DNA of 64,000 nucleotides from Bigelowiella natans CCMP2755 (GCA_000320545.1 ADNK01001887.1:28348-92347); one strand, 5' to 3'. Shown: positions 50,993 through 63,751, counted from the first letter of the stretch. Notes: generated by a model not told the origin, from the letters alone. Numbers and translations: made by a program.

Positions 50993-52760
50993 ATGGCGCG
51001 CACCCCCTCCCTTGTCTTCCAAGCCTCGTTGGGCCTGAACGCCCTCCTGGCAGCAGCGCTTCTCCTTTGTCTTTCCACAGGAAGTATGTACACCACTACA
51101 AGTGACATTCGATACCTTTTTTCGATGTGTCTTTTGAGTTTTTGTTCATACGGTAAAAGCTACCACGAAGCATCCACGTAACCCCCTTGTCTTTTCCTTT
51201 GTTATCGTCGAGCAGGATCGTTAGGCCTCGGCGTTACACGCTCGGGTATACACTAAGATATTTCGAATTGAGGAAATAGAATAATAGTGGATACGAAGTT
51301 AATATTTTTTTGGTGGATGCATTATGTCACGGTCTTCATTAGGATAGAATGAGAAAGGAATTATTCATTAATAAATGGTTTTAAATATTCCGCCATCTCA
51401 TTTTATTCGAATCATATTCAGCTGCTTTCTCTCCTGCTGGAACTACTAGGGATGTGAGCAACATCCGTGCAAACGCAAACTTGAAAGAAGTCCGCGGACG
51501 TATTGAATCCGTATCGAACACTAAGAAGATTACATCGGTACACAATTCTCTTTCTGTTGAACTAACTTTTAAGGAATCATTTATTGATGATAAGTGTTTT
51601 GTTAATGATAAATATGATTTTTATTTCTTAGTCGATGAAGCTCGTCGCTGCTGCAAAGGTTAGAAAGGCACAGGCTGCTGTTCTTGGAGGACGCCCTTTC
51701 GCTGAGAACCTTGTGAAGACCCTCTACGGAATTAACCAGAAGGTATGTTTCTTTCAACTTCATCGAATTCGTACCGATATAAGTATATGAAAGCGTGTGT
51801 ATGTAATTCTTGAGATTTACTTCGTGCGATACGTTTCGGAACCGTGAACTGTTGAAACAGTACTCGATAGATTATTTCTCACAATGTGATGAATTACTGA
51901 GTATTTCAAATTTCCCCTTTTTTTAATAACTAAAGGTCAGGGCTGAGGCTCTCACCTCCGCTCTCACAGAAGTCCGCCCTGTGAAGAACGTTCTTATCCT
52001 CACTGTCTCCGGAGACCGCGGTCTTTGTGGTGCATACAACACCTTCGTTCTGAAGAAGCTTCTTACTCGTACCCAAGAGCTTCAGGGTATGGGAATTGGC
52101 GTCAAGCACGTTGCTGTTGGCAGGAAACTTCAGACCTGGCTCAAGAGGAGAACAGATGAGTATGATGTAATGGGAGCCTACGAGATGACCGACATCTTCA
52201 ACCAGAAGGCAGGTGATGATGAAAACGCTGATGCTCTTACCGGTCTCGCTGAGGAGGTCCTCTCCAGCTTCACCGATGGTGAGGTCGATAAGGTGGAGAT
52301 CATCTACACCAAATTCAAGTCGCTTATTGGATCCGACCCTGTCATCCAGACCCTTCTTCCTCTTACCCCCAAGGGAGAGATTTGCGATGTGAACGGAAAC
52401 TGTATCGACGCTGATGAGGATGAGGTATTCAGCCTAACCACCAAGGGCGGTGAATTGGCAGTTGAGACCGAGAAGCAACAACTTGACACCGCCGGAGACC
52501 TTGATAAGTTCATGTTCGAGCAGCAGCCTGATGAGGTCGTTGATGCTGTCCTCCCTCTCTACATGGACTCTACCATCCTTCGTTCTATCCAGGAATCCCT
52601 TGCATCCGAACTTGCTGCACGTATGAATGCCATGAGCTCAGCTTGCGACAATGCTGACGAACTTGGAACTAAGCTCAGCCGTATTTATAACCGTGGTCGC
52701 CAGGCTAAGATCACCAATGAAATTCTTGAGATCGTCGCTGGTGCAGACGCTGTCGGCTAA
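50993..52760 (+). CDS. atpC: Nucleus-encoded plastid ATP synthase CF1 gamma subunit with bipartite targeting leader, 5 exons
   Basis: Signal peptide MARTPSLVFQASLGLNALLAAALLLCLSTG, then transit-like RSLGLGVTRSAAFSPAGTTRDVSNIRAN. Mature protein ANLKEVRGRIESVSNTKKITS|SMKLVAAAKVRKAQ...GDRGLCGAYN...ASELAARMNAMSSACDNA...YNRGRQAKITNEILEIVAGA. Plastid-type insert GEICDVNGNCIDADEDEVF. Confidence 0.97.
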
Positions 52761-53719
52761 TACCATAAACCTAATTAGTGAAGATCTTCGGTCCTTTTCT
52801 TTAATTAGACTATAAAATAACCTTGGGTCGTCGTAAACAGCAGCAAAATATGTGCAGAAGGTGTGATATGAGCGCGCAGATAACAAAAATAACTCGAATT
52901 TCATTCACCATGTTTTGCTGCTCACCGACATTCTATCTTATATTTGACAAGCATATTATTCTTAAGAATTAGTCTAAATTGCTTCGTCTGCAGTGCCTAC
53001 TGACTCAATGCGAACTAGTCTTTAAGCATGGTTATATGATCATACGCTGTGCATGCGTATATGCATGCAGGATTGTATACGACATGTGCGTATCATGACT
53101 GGGCATTATAGCTCATACATGCATTGCAATGATCATGCGTATACGCTACCTATCTCTATATCTACAACGTACTAGCTTGCTAGCATGATGGAGATCTTGC
53201 GTACGCCTCTACTAGCTGCAGCTAGCTGCTAGACGCATCGCACATTAGCTAGGTATGTACAAATAGATACTAGCTACATGCACCGTATTCATATAGTAGT
53301 ACATGCTAGCATGCACATAATGCACGTTCTCGGTCGATATGGTGAAAGTCATATGTATGATCAGATTTAACATGTCTAGATGTGCTGTATCCATGGTGGT
53401 GTACATTGATGAGAATGCAAGTTCATAACGGACTGTCAAGTTCCTACTCACACAGCATACTGCATGGGACCACATTTCATTTAACTTGAGATCGATAGAC
53501 TATGTTCAGCTTCTTCATGAACTCCATTTACATCCATAAAACACAACACCGTGCTGGCACATTCTAGCATGTGTAGCCGATCAGCTCTAGAGCTTGTAGT
53601 TCACGAAATCTTACTTAATGTCTTGCCTGGAATTCTGTGCGGGGTCGCTCGCACAATCTATCTGGACGATGCATGACAGCGGATTTTTGTTCCAAAGTCT
53701 GCCCTCATCATCATTTTCC

Positions 53720-56227
53720 TCACCATAAACTGAACATGGACAATGCTGAGTGTGGTTTGGGACAGTCGCACACTTGCTTGTACGATCGGTTGAACCAAGA
53801 AGGAGTTTCGTCGTCCACCTTATAGTAAATTCCGCTCCAATCTCGTTGTTTGGAATGCGGGGGAGGGAAGGCGTATTCCTGTTCGAACACGACCGGGCTA
53901 TCCACTGGACGTTTGCATTCGCCTAATTCTATTTGCGGGTTGGGAATAATTGAAATTGTCTATCGGTCATGTTATCATGGTTAAACCATTTCCATCTGAG
54001 CATCATCAATAGAGTTCAATTAAGGTAAATCCGCATCCAGTTTCCACCATATACAAGATTTATCAATATACTCATAAACGCTAGCAACAAAAGATACTTA
54101 GAAGCTAACTACCTTCTCCCGATTGCACCGCTTGCAGGCAAGGCCGGCGGAGGGGCCTATCCGGTTCATTGATGTACGGTAAGACCCTAATACCCCATGT
54201 ATTCAAAAACATCGGCATACAACTTTCTCTGCCTCCTGGCCTTCCAGCATTATTCGTACACGGAATATTAGTCGTACACGGAAGGAATCTAAAGATAAAG
54301 GTTAAGTTAGTTACATCGTCAGAAGGTGGTATTTCTTATTGGTTTCGAAAATGTTTAGCGGAGTTACGACCGGAGAAACAGTTAAAGATTGCATTTTGAG
54401 TCGGTGCTGTACTACCCGTTCACATACGGAAAAGCTGACATATATATTTCTCCAGATCCTCGCGCCATAATATACGTGTAGTCTTCATAGGCGAGGGCAT
54501 ATTGATCTATTGGCAAACCCCCGTAGTGCTGCATCGCTTCCTCCCCGCCCGGCCATTTGCCTGGGAGAGGGAGCTTCTTGGCGTATAGGACATCAGGACG
54601 GGTCCGGAGAATCCAGCGGTACTTTAACCGCCTCTCTGCCTCAGCCCTTTTTATCAAATCTAGGCATTTGTAGTTTCTGTAGAGGAGCCTGTGGTAATAC
54701 ACGTTCTCGATATCGCCGTGCTCTTTAAAAAAAGCGTCTTCCACCAACATCTACGTTTCAGTTAAGAGACACGTTCAGCATGCGCGCAAGATATGCATGC
54801 GAATGCAGAATAATATCTAGAGGACCAAGAGTTGTACCTCATCTGGCTCAAGAATGAATGCCCTTGGCTGGATGTATCGTATCGAATCTATTATTTTTTT
54901 CTGGTTGACCAGTGGTTTGACGTATCGTTGCGGGAACCATTGCCTCGTTTGCACTGTGAGATGCAAGGCGACGTTGAGGAATATATCTGGATTCACTTCA
55001 TTTAACCTAGCACACCATATGCATAGACCCATACCAACATGCCCTTAATAACGTGGTTGTCAAGTACTGACTCTCTCTCACACAAATACAAACACAAGCT
55101 CCCCCCCCCCCCCCCCCCCCTCTTGGAGAGGACAGTGCGGTCACTTGAGTTACCATGACTTCATGTGTTTTGCTTGGTTAAAAATTGCCATTGTTCTAAA
55201 CTCGCCGGTGATGCACGCTGCGACTCCTGTCCTCGTCTTGTTTGTAACTCTTTGGGGAGTGTTTTTTCTGCGTCCAATTATCCGACATTGCTCTCCTTTA
55301 TGCTCTACGGTACATTCGTAAATTGCGCTTCTACAAATACAAGAACAGCAACGAGACAGACGAACACGAATAAGATTCCCCATCCAATACCCCAAACCAA
55401 ACGTAATCTCGTCTCCTTTCATTTCTCCTCTCTCTTTGTATTCTCTCTATCTCTGCCCGTCTGTCACGCCAATTCGTTCTTTATCACGTTCATGAACTCA
55501 TAAGGTTCGATTAAATTGGAAGATGCTGACACGTGCGCAACAAATTTCACAACCAGGGGTCATCAATTCGGCCAATACAGACTACACAGGGAAAAAAAAA
55601 ATGTTAGTTACAGAAACATAACCACTACCCATTGTTTAGCATATCGCAGAATTGCTGACATTTCTCCACGGTGCCTTCATTTAGGTGGCATCTATATCCG
55701 TTGTCTGTCAGCCCCAAACGGTCGATTTCTTTACAAACCACCTCACCTTTCTACAAAACGTACGCAAGATATCGCTCATTACAGGTGTAGGCGTATGCCA
55801 CATCATCCCTACACACGATATTCGAAGTGGTTGTGGGAGCTGTGCTTTCTCTTTCTCAGATCTTCCTCAGGCTAATTGCCTCTAAAATAGGAACTCTTTT
55901 CTGAGAAAGTCACCAGCCATTCGAAACATCTAACCATTTCAATGCCCGAATTCAATTTTTTGTTTAGAATCGATACATTAACAGTGCATATGCAAATATA
56001 GGACAGCCCACAAGAGCAAAAACGCATTCTCCACAAATACCCAGTTCTTCTATCTCATATTTATCATCACCATACATAAGGGGGAATACCTTTGTGAGTC
56101 CCCAATAATCACGCACAGCTTTGGACCGTGGTAGATGCTGCCATATAACCGAAGCATTGAGCAGAAGCACAACGGCGGTGACGATGAATAAGTCAGCCAA
56201 AACCCCTTTGCGCCTCTTGAAGATCAT
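53720..56227 (-). CDS. Type II membrane protein, putative glycosyltransferase-like family (uncharacterised)
   Basis: Short basic tail plus TM segment MIFKRRKGVLADLFIVTAVVLLLNASVIW. Exons contain VAACITGEFRT (55190-55225) and KCLDLIKRAEAERRLKYRWILRTRPDVLY (54590-54670), a 'VA.C..G..RT ... Y.W..R.RPD' pattern I associate with uncharacterised GT-like proteins. The function is inferred only. Confidence 0.6.
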
Positions 56228-56869
56228 TCAATGCCACACTTTTTGAAACTGACCGAAGACCATCATCTGCCTGGTTTCTGAGTTTGATGAGAGATCATTG
56301 GGAATCGCATCTGCTGGTGGGCGCTCGTTCTTGTTTTTGGCTAGGAGATCATCTCGCAACATGTTCTCTGTGTGATGTTATTAACAATAACCCTAGGGAT
56401 TATTTGCCTAGTTTTTTTGCCTAAAATTACGTGGAAAAAAAAAAAAGAAAAAGAAAAAAATGAACCATGAATAATGAGAATCAAATGACGCCAACTCGTC
56501 AGCCATTGCCTGTGATCTGAAGTCAAGAGAACAGGAAAAAAGACTCCCGGCCTTCGGACGGCGAAACAGGGGGATGGCGAAGCTTTGCCGACGTACCTGT
56601 TGTCCATTGCTTTGCGCTTTTCTCATTTTCTGCTAAGCACAAGAAAGAAATGTGATTTTTGTTGTTCCATCTCGACAGCAATCACTCTGCTAGCATGTCT
56701 AATTCTCGAAATCGTGTCATCGGGAAGGAGGTCAGTTCTTGGCAACGAGCGCCAGCTGTCCTCGTCCATCAGCGACTGTTCTGCTCCTGTTTTGGAGAAG
56801 AAATCATCCAAAGGTTGTAGCTAAAAAAAAAAGGCATTTGAATGAAGCAAGTGAACGTCGATTTCCCCT

Positions 56870-57670
56870 GCTAGCTAGCCAGCCCACAGCTAGACAGCGC
56901 CGATGAAAATCTTGGTTTCATCACAATTTTTTGCATCAACAGCGTGCATTGAGGTGGTCAATGAAAATGGAAAGAACTCAAATGATTCAGAAAAAAATGG
57001 GGTTTTCAAAGAAGGAACCCCAACCAAGGATGACAGTGGCGCTCGGCCGCGGAGCATGCACCTGCTAGCCTGGGCGGGCTCCGCAAGTTTGAAGTGGAAC
57101 GCACATCCGACTTTTGTGGGCACCGAAAGGTTTCACTGCATGTGCACTGCACAACTGCGTGTCATTGCGCACATTGCAGGCGTTGCTGTGGAGCATGTGT
57201 GCAACAAACAATGGAACACACGTGCCAATTTGGCACACGTGTCGTGGGCGGTGCGCATGCCACCATGGCCGAAGAACTTGTGTGCAAAACCACCACACAC
57301 GGTGCAAAGAACACGTGCAGTTAGTGCACGTGTTCGCACGCGTGTGCATGCACGAACACAGCCATCAAAGCTCCATTAGCTCATTGTGGGTGAGTCAGCT
57401 AGCTAGAGATGATCTAGCGATTCATGCTGCTAGCACGTCTAGCTAGCTAGCTAGCTAGATGTGTCGAACAATCTAGATGCATTCACATGCATGATGTGTT
57501 GATCGTGTCACTGCTCGCGCCATGTCCATGGATGCGCACAACAAACATGTTCTCTAGACGTGGCACATGACACGCTAGCACGGCGTGTGATGCATGTGCA
57601 CAGATGCATGCATGGTTTTCGGCTTGCTGATGCTGGCTGTTTCATTGCGCACATCCTGCATGCCTAGTGC
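56870..57670. other. TpA-depleted, TG/CA-rich intergenic patch 2
   Basis: Manual count: 19 TA dinucleotides in ~800 bp, 17 in CTAG and 2 in TTAG. Confidence 0.8.
57439..57458. repeat. (CTAG)5 palindromic tetranucleotide tandem repeat
   Basis: ctagctagctagctagctag is visible directly. Confidence 0.9.
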
Positions 57671-57962
57671 CCTGCAAAAGTTGCTACTTGCACTGCTACT
57701 CAATGCTTTTCTGAATATCACATCAGAAATTTTTTGTTCTCGTTTGACTACGTGGTCGTTGTGGATTAATTGGCAAGTAAGCATGCATGATGTGGTGCGA
57801 AACTATTCCATTATTCCACTCTGACGCTAGCGTAGCGTGTCCGGCGGTACTATGGCAGCGAAAACGAGTATCTTTGCTATAGAGCAAGCAGCTACAGCAT
57901 AGCAACAGCTCAATAACTACAATAAAACATATCATCATCACAACTAGAAGCGGACAAACCCA

Positions 57963-58050
57963 ACCATCCTCATCGTTCGCTCAAGCCTATTCCGTGCGTC
58001 CTGTTAACCAGGTTTGTGCACAGGGCCTTCAAGGCGGCAATGGGGATGAT
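57963..58050 (-). promoter_or_regulatory. SECIS element (type II) in the SELENOO 3' UTR
   Basis: Minus strand reads AUCAUCC-C-CAUUG-C-CGC-CU-UGAA-GGCC-CUGUGC-AC-AAA-CCUG-GUUAA-CAGG-AC-GCACGG-AAUA-GGCU-UGAG-CGAA-CGAUG-A-GGAUGGU. Helix I pairs AUCAUCC/GGAUGGU and CAUUG/CGAUG. Core is UGAA/UGAG, 12 nt from the apical AAA, with mini-stem CCUG/CAGG. Confidence 0.88.
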
Positions 58051-58271
58051 TCTGAAATACAGGGAACAAAGGAATGAAGAGGCAAAATGATGAAAATTAG
58101 AGGAGATAAAAGTGAAACAGCAGAGAGAAAACTGGAGTCTATGCTTCGAAGACATGAAGAGAAAAGAGAGGCAGAGGGGTGTGCGGGAAGGAGATAACCA
58201 AAAAATATGTTAGTAAAATTGGCGTTTCGTGGAAGTAAGTTAGTTCTTCGAACCATATCAGTGATTTTGCT

Positions 58272-60289
58272 CTACGAGGATCAAGTAACGCGTATCTTAG
58301 TTGCCCTGCGAGAGCAGAGTTGCGACACACCAGAGAGAATAAAAAACGGGAAAGGAGACAATTCTCTTAATTTTTGATTATTTTTGGCTTAGATACTCGT
58401 GCGTGCATGAGTTGAGTGTATTGTTGTAAAACTGCAACGTACTCCTTGGGTGCCCTCTTTCGGTACTTTTCCAGGACCTCCTTTGACATCAAATCCTTGA
58501 TGTTTTTGGCGGGTTCTTGGGCGTATGGATCCCGCACAAGCTATTATAAGGAACAACCAAGTTCAGTTAGCTACTCATGGAAGAGGAAGGGAGAGAAGAA
58601 ATGAGGCAGGATAGAAGCAGTATTTAAGCTTAGCATAGGGCACAGGAAAAATGAATTCGCAGGGGAGTAAGTAATAAGCGTTCTTCAACCTGTAGCAAAG
58701 CCTCAACTCCGCTGTAGTCGTGCGTTTCTTTCATTTCATGGAACAGCAGAACAATAGACAAGGCAAAGATATAAATTGTCTTATAAGAAGGATGAATTAG
58801 AGTCTAGTCATCTGCTTTCCATGTAATGATGACGATGACGATGATGGCGATGATGGTGATGATGACGATGCTTTTCTGACTACTGATGCGTCCATACCTG
58901 CACGTGATATAGCATCCTGGAGCATATAGTTGCGTAAAATATACTAATAATGATAGAGGAGAAGGCAGAGGATTACTCACTCATACTGAGATTACTATGT
59001 GACGATTCAACAGAAAACTATAATTCTCACTAATATTCATTGCGGGACTTCCTCCCTCATGGGTAATGATGGTGGTACAATGCTCATGTTTTCAAGTAAA
59101 AACCAGCAGCCACGAAATAGCAGCCGATAGGTTCTATCCCTTTCTTCTCGACACAAAGCATTATGAATACCATGCATGCGGATGATGAGACAGATCCCTA
59201 TCTTGGCACGCATGAAACGACGAACAATCACTTGCATTATGTCATAATGTCGTCCCTATCTATCACCCCCTCTTATCATTATTACATGATATATTGTGTG
59301 TGGTGTACTCCTCCCGCCTACCTTCGGATTGTGCGAATCCATGCTGCTTGCTATACGACTGAAAACATTTCCATCATACTTTTTGCTCTCTGCAGCGACG
59401 ATTTGGAGAATACGAGATCTGTTGAGGGATTGAATATAATTATAAGAATAAAGATGAGATGGGATCATAACGATGATGACGACGAACAAGTTGCTCCCTC
59501 CAAAAATGTGTGTTCCAAAATGCATAGATCAGCATTACCACTCTTCATCTTCATCATCATCATCATCATCATCATATCGATACTACTCATACTTTTCACT
59601 CATACGTTTCCAGTTCTTACGTTACCGGCAATTACTACCTGTATTTCCCCAACCAAGAAGACCACTTCTCTCGGTTGCTCTCCGCTCGTTTCTGAATAGA
59701 AATATTCCAATTTCGTGTTAGGAGGAGAAGAAGGCCCTCAATGTCTACTCCATTGTAGGAGATGAAAGCAACAGTTCAGCAGAAGAAGAAGAAGAAGAAG
59801 AAGAAGAAGAAGAAGGAAAAACCATCAATGTGTATAGTATTTTGGTCCTACTCCGATACGATATTTTCATATTTGTGTACACTATGCCCACACCTCTTCC
59901 GATATCTTCTGGAATTCATCAAGCTGCTTCAATTTTCGCAAGTCGCTCATCTTTACACACACATAGATAACACGCACACACAAACACACATACATATTAA
60001 TTATATGTGTATAACGCATACGCTGCAATAACGACGGTCGTTATCTAACAACATACTGAGAAGAAACAAAGTCAAATTGTATACAACTAATATTAACGCA
60101 GAAATGCCTAGGCTGGGACTTGATTTTGCGTGTGTTGTGCATTTTATCATCATACATCTACATACTACCAGGTGGGGGAATCTCTGCAGCATGAAGGGTT
60201 GCTGTCGCGCCATCATCACAAGCATTTGGATTTGGTTCATTGCCATTCGGGGCTAATCATGGAGCAAAGATGTGACTTGTTGAAGAAGC

Positions 60290-60328
<39 letters not shown>

Positions 60329-61388
60329 ACGGGCAGCAGACTAGACATGGTAGATATCATCAGCGCCGTCATCAATGCAGGGTTTTGTTACTACCTTCAT
60401 TGATTCCAAGATCTCCTCATACGGAGTCAATGTTTCTTTGATCATAGCCTCGAGAAAAGCTTCTGTGGTCGACTTCTCACTACTGCTGGTGCCTGATATT
60501 TCCTGCGAAAGTGCCCGCACGAATCCCGACAAGAGGCGGAAGCTTATTGTGAAGTCGGCACTTGATTCTTGCTGAGGGGGAGGAGAAGTTCAGTACTCGT
60601 GATAATGAAAGTATGGAGAATAGAAGAAAGCAATATTGCTGCTGTTTGTTGCTACTGATGCTGCTTATTCTACGACAATAGGAGCTTTCTTCGTCTTCTT
60701 CTTTTTCTTCTTCATCTCCTTAATTTTGGCGCTTCTTGATATATTGCACTGATGATTTCTTGCTGTACAAACTATATCTAAGTACTAACCATAGTATCAA
60801 GGAGGGAATCGATTAAAGATGCTTCCTCTTTGCTCACAGAACCTTCTCCCAAACCTACATACGAAGAAAATGGTAGTGAGGAGATTAGGTGCTGATTCGG
60901 CCTTCCTTACTCAATCGCAATATTTACCAAGTTTCAGCTTCATTTTCCCATAATACGCCGACTATAAAAACAGGGAAGAAACGATAAGGCTATGCATTAT
61001 TCTCCCTCTCGCCATCTTATCCTCGCACTCTCATTTTGGTGACAGGTGGGAGGTAAGAAGGAAATTGGCTCGCTACCTTATAGGTTGCGTCCCAAGTTTC
61101 CTCGAGAACTTTCTTGCTTACTTCTAATGGTACTGCCATCTGTCAATGTGGTGAGTACATTACATTCGTGCATGATTGATGTATATATTATATTATCCCA
61201 CACTTCATAATAATCCGTCATGTAAGTAGATGACGCAATCCCCCCTCCCTGATTCTTTTGGCAGTACCTGAATAGCCTCTGCCAACTTCTCACAGTTCCA
61301 TCGGCACATTGCAGGTTGTTTGCCGTACGTATATCTGTCAGTTAGCAAACTCAGTAGAGCTCTCTTATGTGTCCAAACGACTTCCACT

Positions 61389-61431
<43 letters not shown>

Positions 61432-62630
61432 AAATCACACCCACTATTCTCCCTTTTTTCCCCATCACATCACCTTCCGTCGTTATCCGAGCCGTTGCAG
61501 ATGTAATCTTTATCTGTTCGCTCCATAAAGCCTGTATTGTATTTTATTTTCTTCCTACCATCTTCATCTCCTCCTCTACCATCTTCATCATCATCATCAT
61601 CATCATCATTATCATCAATATCATCATTATCATCTTATGAAGATGATGCTACTACTACTCAGACTTCTGGGTTCACTCACCGTATGGGCCGTAGTCAATC
61701 GTGATTCCTAGAATGCTACGAGTCATATACAAAGATAGTGCCAATATCAGAAGTAGTAGTAGTAGTAGTAGTTGTTGTTGTTGTTGTAGTGGCTTGTGTC
61801 TGTGTGTGTGTGTGGCAATGATGTTGTGCATATATTCTGAGTAATTTGAGATGGTACATCTCTTTTCTTCTTCTACAAGGCTGTTCGGACCGACCTCATG
61901 TTATCAGTGTTCAGAACACCATGGCACCATCCCACACACTATAAATTATCATATGTTATCAGGAGATATTATAGGAAGGACAGAAATGTTAGTTATCGGC
62001 AGTAATAGTAGAATTATAAATCGAACGTGAAATTCAACGGTAAAGCAAGTAAGCAGCCTTACATGAGAAACACACCTGCCACGAAGCTACCAATTGCGCG
62101 GTATTTACGACGACTTGCTTGTAGAAACGGAGATATGTCGAGGTTGCATCATTAGCATTATCGGCCATTGACTCCCAGATGGATGGATAATACGTCTGTT
62201 TATTTTTTAAATAATGATAATGATGATGATGATGGTGATGATGATTATGCTGAATTACGGGTTTAGTGCTATTGCTGGTGCTGCTAGTTGTTGTTAGAAC
62301 CTTGATGGTGTGCTCCAGGAGTGCCATCAAGACCTTCTTGTTTCCAGCGCTCGGCCCTGAACGTTTTGTGACTGGATCCTCTTCCTTCACGATCTCGAAC
62401 GATCCGAATCTAAGGAAGCTCTTGGCCAGCCGTGTGATCACTGTGCACTGCAATATATTGTTGTTGATGTTGTTGATCATATTGAATAAGGAATACAGTG
62501 AAGGGGTGTCACACGTGAATTTAGAAAAAGGAAGGAAAAGGGAGAAAGAGAGGGAGAGGGGGGGGGGGGAGAGAGAGAGAGAGAGAGAGAGAGATTTAGG
62601 TCCGAGAGAGACCCACACAGCATGCACACG

Positions 62631-62670
<40 letters not shown>

Positions 62671-62698
62671 ACCAACACAAAAATAGACATATTCAAAA

Positions 62699-62741
<43 letters not shown>

Positions 62742-63202
62742 CCTGTTCTGCCTCCGGATTGCCATCGTAAAATACGTCACGAATTACGGTACTTTTTCTA
62801 TTGATGAAAGACGGTCAGGAAAGAGAGAGAGAAGGGGGGGGGGGGGATTCTTCAAATGTTCTTCGTAACAATGGTGTTGTTAGTAATGATATCACTCTGA
62901 GGTGATGCAAGTAGGAGCCCGGGTTGTGGGAATTCCTGATGTACAGTGAGCGATATTCAATAAGACCTATGGAAAATCTTTATATTCTATGCTGCGATTA
63001 AGATACTCTTCTATCCCCCCCCCTTCCTGCTCCTCTCTAATACATATAAAGAAGTAGAACCTAAGCCAGCCATCGCCTCACTGCATAAAAACTCACGAAT
63101 ACTGGAACGGAGCACCTGTAGAGCGTAACAACGACGATACAAGATCGTCAGAATTGAAACAAATTTTATTTTCTTATTTTCCTTTCTCATCTTTTCCCGC
63201 CC

Positions 63203-63249
<47 letters not shown>

Positions 63250-63751
63250 GTCTGCGTGCCTCCCCCATCCTCCTTGTTCAACAACCTTTCGTCCATCAGC
63301 TGTTCGGGAATAAGGTGTCTTCCCGGCGCCCTTAAATTGAATCTCCCAACGCTGGTGTAGATATACATGATTAGTTTATCGCGCTGTAACAGAATTTTAG
63401 GATCATTATTGTCCTCATTTGTGGTAATACTAAATTATATGGCCTGATACTATGAATTTTTAAAAATTAAAGGCGTATCGTGTTCACGTACCTCTCCTTT
63501 GCTGTTTATGATCTCTCCCAAGTACATCGTGGCCCCATCGCCGAGCTGTCCGGAGAAATAACCTTTCAATTTTATTCCGAATTAAGTTCAGCCTCACGCG
63601 AACGAAGAGGCAAGAAAGACCAGCTTTGCAATTTATAAGAAGACATGTTGATTATGTTGCAAGTATCAAAGCGACAACTCTCTAGAGAATAAGCAAAGGT
63701 GCCATGAATAATACAACCCCCCCCTCCCAGGCAACCCCCCACCCCCCCTCC

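Noticed and set aside
55100-55120. Poly-C/G run as a G-quadruplex regulatory element
   Set aside because: An intronic homopolymer in an SSR-rich genome. Similar G/C runs are scattered throughout, so there is no specific support.
58281-58283. TGA as the true stop codon or a pseudogenising mutation of SelO
   Set aside because: It is followed by the conserved Ser-Ser-stop and by a well-formed SECIS, so Sec recoding is the better explanation.
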